Source: a virus (lineage: Duplodnaviria; Caudoviricetes). Taken from it: a DNA stretch of 31,104 nt. Every line of letters begins with the position of its first letter. The stretch's first letter is position 1. The stretch lies in the IMG/VR virus record IMGVR_UViG_3300022885_000061, positions 1-31,104 of that record, one strand, 5' to 3'. This document shows, one piece after another, positions 1 through 7,592 of this stretch. The notes beneath the pieces are model-generated. The model worked only from the letters and a program-made list of their open reading frames with translations, was not told the origin of the DNA and searched no databases. Both the position numbers and the translations under genes were made by a program.

Positions 1-126
1 AACACCACCTGTGATACTTGTTCCGTAAGTAGCGTTAGTTGTTACAGTACCTGTTGTTGTATTTGTTGTTATTGATTCAAAACCATTTTCCGATCGGACT
101 GGTCCTGAGAATGTAGTATTTGCCAT
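1..126 (-). CDS. Virion structural protein, 3'-truncated by window edge (MANTTFSGPVRSENGFESITTNTTTGTV...)
   Basis: Hand-translated. ATG at 126 with AAGGAGG RBS, frame open to base 1, Thr-rich, directly downstream of the capsid gene. Confidence 0.8.
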   Translation of the reverse strand, partial: MANTTFSGPVRSENGFESITTNTTTGTVTTNATYGTSITGGV

Positions 127-143
127 AGTAAACCTCCTTGGTT

Positions 144-201
144 GTATAGACCTTTCGATACATAGTCTCTATACCGTCTGACAAGCTCAGTCGTATGTAT
201 C
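144..201 (-). ncRNA. Pseudoknotted RNA element downstream of gpT-like capsid gene (candidate Mu-gpT-DE motif)
   Basis: GAUACAUA (201-194) pairs with UAUGUAUC (164-157). Inner CUGA/UCAG hairpin. GUAUAGA (174-168) pairs with UCUAUAC (150-144) as a pseudoknot next to the RBS. Location matches that described for Mu-gpT-DE; the family name is from recall. Confidence 0.6.
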
Positions 202-240
202 TAAGTGTTAATTAATGCTTGTAGTTTAAGTTATAGAATA

Positions 241-267
241 AAAAAAGGGCGCAGTAAAGCGCCCTTT
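241..267 (-). terminator. Intrinsic terminator after major capsid gene
   Basis: AAAGGGCGC-AGTAAA-GCGCCCTTT inverted repeat; reads into a T-run on the minus strand. Confidence 0.85.
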
Positions 268-289
268 AAAAGATTATTTATGATTACGC

Positions 290-1198
290 TTATGCACCTG
301 GTGAGCCAAATACACAACGAGGATCTGAGAATCCAAAAGAATATCTCTCTCTCGCTTTATATCTAACGTTTCCAGTGTCAAAATCACCTTCCATAGAAGT
401 TCTAATTGGGCTTCTTACAAAGTGTTTGAAACCGTTAGGAACGTCTGTTTTGATGAAGAAAGCATCTGTGTCAGTTAAGTAGTTATTCACTACATAACCT
501 TCAGGAATCATACCCATATTCTTAATAGCATTAATGTCATTGTCAGCGGTACCAACTCTTAAAGCTGATTCCATTAATCTGTCAGCGACAAACTGTAATG
601 CTGGTGGAATAATAAGTTTTCTTCCTTGAGCAGCAATTAATAGTCCTCTTTCGTCGATGAAAGCTGAGATATCAATCAATGATTGCTCTAAAGATACTTC
701 ATTCAAGTCAGCTGGAGTTGATAGCTCATTTCTAAGCGGTCCTCCACCAACTGTTGGATGGGCGTCTGATAATAAAGCCACACCGTCACCACCAGCGAAA
801 GCGTTGTCAAAACCGTTGTTTAAAACGTTTGCGCCTTTCACCTGTTTGGTGTTTGCCATGGAACGAGCAAGTGCTTTTGTGTAACGAGCTGAGATTCTGT
901 CATAAAGATTATCTTCGACAGCTTCTTCTGTTACTGCAAATGCAAGTGCGATTGTTTCATGTGTGTAACGAGCAGTGAAGGTTTCATTTGCTGAATCGTA
1001 AACGATTGAGCTACCTTCAGGCTTTACTCTAGCATTAGCAAATCCTGATAACATTACTTCTTCTTCGAATGCACGATCAGAAGATTCTGTTTCAAAAATT
1101 TGTGCTGCTTGGTTGTCATAACGTGCGTACTCCAGGCCGAATAGTGCATTCAAACCGGGCTCTAACTCTTTAACGAGTTGACTTCTTGATATAGCCAT
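290..1198 (-). CDS. Major capsid protein (Mu gpT-like family)
   Basis: 302 aa, MAISRSQLVKELEPGLNALFG N-terminus, FDTGNVRYKARERYSFG C-terminus, GGAGG RBS, followed by a terminator. Confidence 0.9.
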   Translation of the reverse strand: MAISRSQLVKELEPGLNALFGLEYARYDNQAAQIFETESSDRAFEEEVMLSGFANARVKPEGSSIVYDSANETFTARYTHETIALAFAVTEEAVEDNLYDRISARYTKALARSMANTKQVKGANVLNNGFDNAFAGGDGVALLSDAHPTVGGGPLRNELSTPADLNEVSLEQSLIDISAFIDERGLLIAAQGRKLIIPPALQFVADRLMESALRVGTADNDINAIKNMGMIPEGYVVNNYLTDTDAFFIKTDVPNGFKHFVRSPIRTSMEGDFDTGNVRYKARERYSFGFSDPRCVFGSPGA

Positions 1199-1209
1199 AG
1201 TTTAACCTC

Positions 1210-1788
1210 CTATATTCCTGTTGTATCTGATAAGGCATGTAAGTTAATCTTAACAACAATGCTTGCATTAGCGGCTGTGTAGTCGCTATTTTCAACATCC
1301 TTGGAAAGTCTTACAACCCTTAAATTAGCGGCTGCATCTGTAGTAAAACTACCACCATCTAAAGCAACATTCGAGATACCATTAATGGTACTTCCCGCTG
1401 AATATGTTGCAATGTTAGCATTAGATCCTACTTGTGCTTGACCGCCATTTGTATCGTCAATTTTGACCTCAAACTGCTTGTTTGGGTCATCAAAGACGTA
1501 TGCAATGATATCATCTGCTGCGATGCTACCTGGATAATAATTCATCCAAGTCGGCTTTTGTGTAGTTGGATCAGTATAAAAACAACCATTAAAAACGCCA
1601 ATAAGTTCTGCACCAGCAGTAGAACCAATATCGATATTACCGTTAGCCACTAGGGTAACGGGATCGCCTTGAAATAAAGCAGAGCCTTCGCCATTAGCAA
1701 TTGCGTATTCATTTGTACCACTTGAATTGTACGCAGAACCCATTTGCTGAATAGCGCGAAGACCGAAGTTTCCACTCATATTTGCCAT
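1210..1788 (-). CDS. Putative capsid decoration/auxiliary head protein
   Basis: 192 aa, Gly/Ala/Asn-rich, immediately upstream of the capsid gene, AGGAG RBS. Confidence 0.6.
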   Translation of the reverse strand: MANMSGNFGLRAIQQMGSAYNSSGTNEYAIANGEGSALFQGDPVTLVANGNIDIGSTAGAELIGVFNGCFYTDPTTQKPTWMNYYPGSIAADDIIAYVFDDPNKQFEVKIDDTNGGQAQVGSNANIATYSAGSTINGISNVALDGGSFTTDAAANLRVVRLSKDVENSDYTAANASIVVKINLHALSDTTGI

Positions 1789-1812
1789 GTTCTTACTCCT
1801 TTAGTTTAAACT

Positions 1813-2295
1813 TTAGTTATCAGATTTTTTATTTCTGTTGCCGCCTAAAGTCACATTGTTCTGCCTATCGACATTCATAGGCATTGATGGGTGTTGATCT
1901 CTCAAAGCATCTGTTTCCCAAGCCTCAGTTTGATCTGAAGTCTTTTTCTTAAAATAAGCATCTCTTTGCTTTGCAGTTACTTCGGGCATTCTTGCTAATA
2001 GCAAGTCGCCTACACTAATGACACCCTTAAAGGTTGGGCTGGATCCGGTGTATACGCTGTATGCGGAATCAGGGTAAGCATCTGCTCTCACTAATTCCCA
2101 TCCTTCACGTAATTTCGCATTAATATTTTTAGAATCATCGATTCCATTAATACGTTCCCTTATCCAACGTTGCCTAAATCCATTAGGGCACGGCGGAGCA
2201 TCTAATTGTGATGGTGGAGACCAAGGCTTCAGTGAAGCTTCAGTTTCCCTTGTTTGTGCACTTCTTGGTGTTTTCATTTTACTATCTTCTGTCAT
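1813..2295 (-). CDS. Phage head-module protein of unknown function
   Basis: 160 aa ORF between scaffold and decoration genes (WSPPSQLDAP, LREGWELV). Confidence 0.7.
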   Translation of the reverse strand: MTEDSKMKTPRSAQTRETEASLKPWSPPSQLDAPPCPNGFRQRWIRERINGIDDSKNINAKLREGWELVRADAYPDSAYSVYTGSSPTFKGVISVGDLLLARMPEVTAKQRDAYFKKKTSDQTEAWETDALRDQHPSMPMNVDRQNNVTLGGNRNKKSDN

Positions 2296-2304
2296 TTTTC
2301 ACTC

Positions 2305-3264
2305 CTATACATATTTAGCGTACTCAGTTAAGGGAACCCCTAGCTTTTTCGCTATTTTTACCTGACTAGGAGATAACCTGACAGATTTGTTGCGTCCAGT
2401 GGTTGCAGACCTTGTTGCAGAAGAAACGGGTTGGACGTAAGTGCCTCTTCTAGTCGCCTGATCCTCAGCTATTGCTGACGGAAACTTATCACTAACTCTT
2501 TTAGTTAATTCATCATAGTACTCATCTGATTCAGTGTCAAATCCTTCTGCTACTAAACCACGATGTACTCTTTTGGCTAAATCGGTCTTATCAGGGTCAG
2601 AATTGAACCAAGAGTTCCTTTCAGCCCATGAGATAGCTTTTTGTGAAGGACGAGGTTGTTGCTGTTGCTGTTGCATAGCAGCTTGATATTGCGCTTGTTG
2701 CATATCAAGTTCTTTTGAAGTTTCCTCGTATTCACGTTCTTTTTTAGTTTTAGTAACTCTGATTCTTTCAGATTCTAAATCTAATTTTGTTAAAGATTGA
2801 CGAGCCTCTTCTTCTTTATTGAAGTCTCCATTTTCTCTAGCTTGAATAAGATTTTGTCTAGCCAAATCAGAAGCCATTTTGTTTCTAACTTCACTTTCAG
2901 ACATATAACCTTTGTCTACGTCAATGTATTTTCTTTTGCTATCTGATAATTCCCTTTGCACATTTGTTGCATAATCAAGAGCAGCCTGTCTTTCTCTTTC
3001 GGCTTCTCTTAATTTAAAAGTTAGCTTATCAATTCTTTTTTTAACACCAGTTGAATAGTCTTCTAGCTCTTCTTTTTGTTGAGCTGGTTCCTCTTCTACC
3101 CTAGGTGATAAAGGTTCTACTTCGTTTGTTTTGACAGCTTCATAAGGATCTGATTGAATAACATTATTTTCTTTTGAATCTAATATTATTTCAACATCAT
3201 CACCTGAAGTATCCATCTCTACCATTTTTTCGTCTCTGGCAGTGTTTATTTGTGCCTGTTGCAT
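2305..3264 (-). CDS. Putative capsid scaffolding protein
   Basis: 319 aa, acidic coiled-coil with a basic C-terminal motif (VRLSPSQVKIAKKLGVPLTEYAKYV); position in head operon. Confidence 0.75.
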   Translation of the reverse strand: MQQAQINTARDEKMVEMDTSGDDVEIILDSKENNVIQSDPYEAVKTNEVEPLSPRVEEEPAQQKEELEDYSTGVKKRIDKLTFKLREAERERQAALDYATNVQRELSDSKRKYIDVDKGYMSESEVRNKMASDLARQNLIQARENGDFNKEEEARQSLTKLDLESERIRVTKTKKEREYEETSKELDMQQAQYQAAMQQQQQQPRPSQKAISWAERNSWFNSDPDKTDLAKRVHRGLVAEGFDTESDEYYDELTKRVSDKFPSAIAEDQATRRGTYVQPVSSATRSATTGRNKSVRLSPSQVKIAKKLGVPLTEYAKYV

Positions 3265-3280
3265 GGTTTAACCTCCCATG

Positions 3281-3736
3281 TTATACGGTTGATAAAATAT
3301 CCTCTGGATTTTCAATGGTGCCTAGTATTTCGTCATCATTTAATATCCTTACTTCCCCACCTTCTATTCTTAGTCTTGAACCTGAATATCTTCCAAAGAC
3401 GACCCAGTCGCCTTGCTTACACCAAGAGCCACTTGGGAATTTATTTTCATCTTTATAAGCATCAGGACCTGTCGCTAAAACCATAGCAACAGTTGTAGTT
3501 AGTTGTGAGTCTTCTACTGCTTTATCAGTCAATAGAATCCCTCCTTTAGTTTTCTGCTTTGCTTTAAAAGGTAAAACAAGAATCCTCCAACCAGTTGGTT
3601 GAGGTAATTTCTGCATTTCTGTTAAATTAGTTCTTAGAAATTGTTCGGGATTTTCGAACTTTTCCTTTACTTCTTTAGGTATTGTAAAGGATTTAGTGTC
3701 AGTAGTAGTAGTTATAGTATCAGTAGTATTAATCAT
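3281..3736 (-). CDS. groES: Co-chaperonin GroES-like protein
   Basis: PTGWRILV, KTKGGILL, GDWVVFGRYSG and ILNDDEILG Cpn10 motifs. Start moved to ATG 3736 because it has a GAGGAG RBS. Confidence 0.9.
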   Translation of the reverse strand: MINTTDTITTTTDTKSFTIPKEVKEKFENPEQFLRTNLTEMQKLPQPTGWRILVLPFKAKQKTKGGILLTDKAVEDSQLTTTVAMVLATGPDAYKDENKFPSGSWCKQGDWVVFGRYSGSRLRIEGGEVRILNDDEILGTIENPEDILSTV

Positions 3737-3920
3737 CAAATGTCTCCTCTTTTTCCAGCAGTCGAGAAATTTCCTGTTGGCATATGTCAAGCATATGTAT
3801 CTTTCCTAGAATATACTTGTAATCTTCAATTTTTTCAACCCCTTGTGTCAAGGAATTCATTAAATCTCCCTTTAAAAGCTTTAGTTCTTTTTGAACATAA
3901 TAAATAGTGTGATCAGACAA
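3729..3920 (-). CDS. Small hypothetical protein
   Basis: 63 aa helical ORF overlapping both neighbours, consistent with translational coupling. Confidence 0.7.
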   Translation of the reverse strand: MSDHTIYYVQKELKLLKGDLMNSLTQGVEKIEDYKYILGKIHMLDICQQEISRLLEKEETFDD

Positions 3921-4539
3921 GGCAATTAATTCCAGGTACTAATTTTTGATAGGTAGTATCACTGTTAATACCTTTGCTAATAAACCATACAGACTCTTGA
4001 CTTGAATAAGTTGTATATTCAGGTTCTTTTACATGGTTAAGCCCTTGTTTCATTCCTTCTTGAACACTTTTTAAATAAAAATCATCCCCGAAAATTACTC
4101 CACCTTTTTTAACTTTAGGATACCAATTTATAATATCTTCTTTAACAGCTTCTAACTCATGAGCTCCGTCAATCATTAAAGCATCAATAGATTCATCTTT
4201 AAAATAATCTAGTATATCTTTATCATCGGATCTTCCTTTGTGTTGTATAACCATTTCTCTATTTAAAAAGAACTGTAAGTTATCTTTAAAAACAGAAGAA
4301 AAATCATTACCTGTTTTAAGAGAAGAATGTTCGCTTGAACCTTTAAAAGTATCTACAGAATGAATTCTAACTTTCATTTTTTCTGCATTCCAAAAATTAG
4401 TTGCTAAATACTTTGTAGATCTACCCATGAATGATCCTATTTCTACAATCGTTGATTCGTCGGGTAGTTCGGTTGCTAGTTTATCGTAAGCCTCGTGATA
4501 ATTAAACCAACCAGGTATCTTATAATAGTCATGCATCAT
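3913..4539 (-). CDS. Class I SAM-dependent methyltransferase (Methyltransf_24-like)
   Basis: VEIGSFMGRS, HSVDTF, LMIDGAH and KGGVIFGDDF motifs. Confidence 0.85.
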   Translation of the reverse strand: MMHDYYKIPGWFNYHEAYDKLATELPDESTIVEIGSFMGRSTKYLATNFWNAEKMKVRIHSVDTFKGSSEHSSLKTGNDFSSVFKDNLQFFLNREMVIQHKGRSDDKDILDYFKDESIDALMIDGAHELEAVKEDIINWYPKVKKGGVIFGDDFYLKSVQEGMKQGLNHVKEPEYTTYSSQESVWFISKGINSDTTYQKLVPGINCLV

Positions 4540-4676
4540 TTTGATGTTCCTTTTTTTGTTGTCTTAATTATTTTTATATTATTATAACTAATTTTCAACC
4601 CTTGAGATACAGGGCCTTTTTTAGGAGGGATAGTTAAAGTAAGTCTTTTACTATTTTTTGTTGAATCTTGAATCAC
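4536..4676 (-). CDS. 46-aa basic micro-protein (VIQDSTKNSKRLTLTIPPKKGPVSQGLKISYNNIKIIKTTKKGTSK)
   Basis: Hand-translated. GTG start overlaps the holin stop (TAGTG) and its TGA overlaps the methyltransferase ATG (ATGA), filling the gap exactly. Confidence 0.65.
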   Translation of the reverse strand: MIQDSTKNSKRLTLTIPPKKGPVSQGLKISYNNIKIIKTTKKGTSK

Positions 4677-5095
4677 TATTTATCTGAATTAACTTTCTTG
4701 ACCTTGTCGAAGGATCTTATTCCCGCCATGCCTAATAAAGCCATGACAAGAGGGAATAAAGTTGCCATGTCAAGCTCAGGTAAAGGTGCATGTTCAATAC
4801 TAAATGCTGCCAATATAAAAATTATAAATTGTTTTAATACGTACTCCCACAATATTGCTAACGCACAACTCATCCCGATGAGGGGGCGCCACGACCGCTG
4901 CATAATACCACCAATGCCTGTAGCAGTGGATTTAGCGTCCGCTAAATTAATTTGAGTTTGTGCTTGATTAAGACTTGCTTCAATTTCTTTGAGTTTAATC
5001 TTAGCATTGTTTTTTTCTTCTTCACTTGTGTGAACGGAATCTATTATTGCTCCTACAGTTTTAACTAAGCCTCCGCCTAATAATTGATTAAGCAT
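4676..5095 (-). CDS. Holin of 3TM (GTA holin-like) family
   Basis: RSWRPLIG motif followed by hydrophobic helices, LLGMAGIRSFDK and a basic C-terminus. Confidence 0.8.
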   Translation of the reverse strand: MLNQLLGGGLVKTVGAIIDSVHTSEEEKNNAKIKLKEIEASLNQAQTQINLADAKSTATGIGGIMQRSWRPLIGMSCALAILWEYVLKQFIIFILAAFSIEHAPLPELDMATLFPLVMALLGMAGIRSFDKVKKVNSDK

Positions 5096-5096
5096 T

Positions 5097-7592
5097 TTAA
5101 CCTACATTCTCATTATTATTTTTTTGAGCATCTAAGATTATCTTCTGCTCATTTATAGCATTTCTATCTTGAGCTACTCCAGCTCTTAAATTTGCAATGT
5201 CATATTGTGCATCAAGTTTTAAAGCATCCATTTTTACTTTTTGATCAAATTGATTTTCTCTTAAAGCCATTTGTTCACCAGATTCTGCTGCATTCTGTTC
5301 TAGATCTTGTGCTTTAAGTGCTAGTTCTTGTTGTTTTAACATAACAAGAGGATCCATATTAGTATCCGCCATAGCTTCAGCTTCTTCCGCAACCATTTGT
5401 TCTGTAATTTTTACAATTTCACTATCAATAGCTACTGCTCTTTGTGCTTCTAGTTGTTGAATCATTTCAGGTGGTATCTGTTCACCATATTGTTCTTTTA
5501 ATTTTTGTGCTTCAGCTAACATTGCTTCATCCACTGTTTTTTGTGCTAGATAAGAAACGTGATCATTAATATGAGAGATTAACATTGTAACTACCATTGG
5601 GTTTTGTCTAACAACAGGAGAAGATAAAAACAATCTATGTGCTTTAATATGTAACTCATGGCTTTGATCAGGGAAAACTCTAAGAGGCTTACCAAGTAAA
5701 ACAATACTATGTTCTTGAGCTGGATTCATTGCTTGTGGTTGTGGAGGAATTGGTAAAATTTGTTCAATATCTTTTACACCTAAGGCTAAATACATTCTTC
5801 TATAAGCTTCATATAAATTGTGCATTTGTGGATTGCTTTGTGCTAATTGTAATTCACTTTGAGCAAGAGTAACTCTTTGTGACATAGAGAAAATGTTTGG
5901 ATCAGATACAGGTAGTATATCTATGTTGTCTTGGAAATCTTTAACTTTAATGTCTCTTGGACCACCACTTACATCAAAAGGATATACAGGTGGTAAAACA
6001 GTTTTAAATATTTTAGCTAGTAATTTAAATTCTTTTTTCTGAGCATAGTGTAATCTTTTATGAATCGCTGACATAACTTTTGTGCCACGTTCCATTAATG
6101 CCATTGTTGTACCTACAGGAGTTTGAGAAGCTCCTATTTCAGATAGTTGTATATCAGCAACCGCTGCGAATTGTTGCCCCGCTTGTACACAGAAACCTAG
6201 AAGTTGAAATAGAACTTGATCAGGTCCCTTGTAAGGGAGGGGCATCAATCCTTCACGGATATTTCCGTTAGGTGCATCTATGTCTCTGAATTCTCCAGGC
6301 TGTAATGGTTGTGCATCATCACGTATTCTTATACCTCTAGCTTTAAAGCCAGCCGGTAAATTAGATAATGTTCCAGCATCTAGTAGTTGTCTTAAAGCAG
6401 TGGTAGCTGTTCTTGATAAGCCACCAATCATATGGATTAAACCAAAGCCATAAAATCCTAGACCAGGCATAAATTTGTAATGAACAAAATAATGATTTCT
6501 TTTTTTTAAAGGATCTTCTTCATTGTAGTTTCTATAGATACTTAAAACCGTACTTGATCCTTTATCAATAGTAACAACGTAAGGAAGTTTAATTCCTGAA
6601 GGTTCCCCTGTTTTAGGATTAATATCTTCATAACCTTCGATATCTAAATCAACGTGCATTTCTAAAAGTTCTACCATATCGTTCATGGCATAATTTCCAG
6701 AAGATACTCCTTCTAATTCATCCATTTTTTCTTGAAGTCCACTGTCTTGGCTATCGGGAGTTGAAGTAGGTGTTATTTCTATATCTTTGTAGAAACCAGA
6801 AACTTGTTGTTTGCGAAGATCGTTGTAGGGCATTGTAACAATTTGTGTAAGTCTTCCACATGTATTTATATCTGATGCTCCATAATTAATAACAACATCA
6901 TCAGCTTGAACAAACTGTGCAGTTGCTCTTCCAAGAGTTGTATCGTAATAAACTTTTTTAAAGGCACTTCCAGCTAAAGGTAAATGAAATAAAAGTTGAT
7001 CCATCTCTGGATTATAATCTTCCATTACATGAACAATTTCATAGTTCATATATTCTTTTACTCTTTCAGCTGCTTGTTGTAATTCTATCGTGTTGGCTCC
7101 AACTACTTGTGTTCTAACTGGTCCATCACTTGGTAATAATTCTACATAAGCCATTGCTTGAAATTGTGTAACAGCTTGAGCTAGCATTGGGTGTGTTACA
7201 GAAGCCGCTCCTCTGAAAGGTCTTGTACGTTCGGTATATTTAAATCCTAAAAGGTCTAAACCATTTCTATAAGTTAATTCCCAGTCCGAACGAGTGCTTT
7301 TATCATTTTCAAATTTTTCTAGAAGATCACTAGAAATTTCCGATTGAAGATCATCATCTAATATTTCTGCTAGGTTGGAATTAAAATCTTCAACAAGTTC
7401 TTCTTCTTGTTCTCCAATAATAGCAGAACCATCTTCTATAATTTCTACATTGATTTCTTCGTTGTCAGTTCCTAATTGAATTTCTGCACCTACATCAATT
7501 ACTTCAATAACATCAGGTCCACCAGCCCCAACGGTTTTAGCGTCTTGGGCTAAGTAAGGAGTTTCTGCTGTACTGTTAAATTTATCTACCAT
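5097..7592 (-). CDS. Portal protein (podovirus type)
   Basis: 831 aa, GSAFKKVYYD and GFYGFGLIH motifs, long C-terminal coiled coil, located between terL and the head genes. Confidence 0.88.
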   Translation of the reverse strand: MVDKFNSTAETPYLAQDAKTVGAGGPDVIEVIDVGAEIQLGTDNEEINVEIIEDGSAIIGEQEEELVEDFNSNLAEILDDDLQSEISSDLLEKFENDKSTRSDWELTYRNGLDLLGFKYTERTRPFRGAASVTHPMLAQAVTQFQAMAYVELLPSDGPVRTQVVGANTIELQQAAERVKEYMNYEIVHVMEDYNPEMDQLLFHLPLAGSAFKKVYYDTTLGRATAQFVQADDVVINYGASDINTCGRLTQIVTMPYNDLRKQQVSGFYKDIEITPTSTPDSQDSGLQEKMDELEGVSSGNYAMNDMVELLEMHVDLDIEGYEDINPKTGEPSGIKLPYVVTIDKGSSTVLSIYRNYNEEDPLKKRNHYFVHYKFMPGLGFYGFGLIHMIGGLSRTATTALRQLLDAGTLSNLPAGFKARGIRIRDDAQPLQPGEFRDIDAPNGNIREGLMPLPYKGPDQVLFQLLGFCVQAGQQFAAVADIQLSEIGASQTPVGTTMALMERGTKVMSAIHKRLHYAQKKEFKLLAKIFKTVLPPVYPFDVSGGPRDIKVKDFQDNIDILPVSDPNIFSMSQRVTLAQSELQLAQSNPQMHNLYEAYRRMYLALGVKDIEQILPIPPQPQAMNPAQEHSIVLLGKPLRVFPDQSHELHIKAHRLFLSSPVVRQNPMVVTMLISHINDHVSYLAQKTVDEAMLAEAQKLKEQYGEQIPPEMIQQLEAQRAVAIDSEIVKITEQMVAEEAEAMADTNMDPLVMLKQQELALKAQDLEQNAAESGEQMALRENQFDQKVKMDALKLDAQYDIANLRAGVAQDRNAINEQKIILDAQKNNNENVG

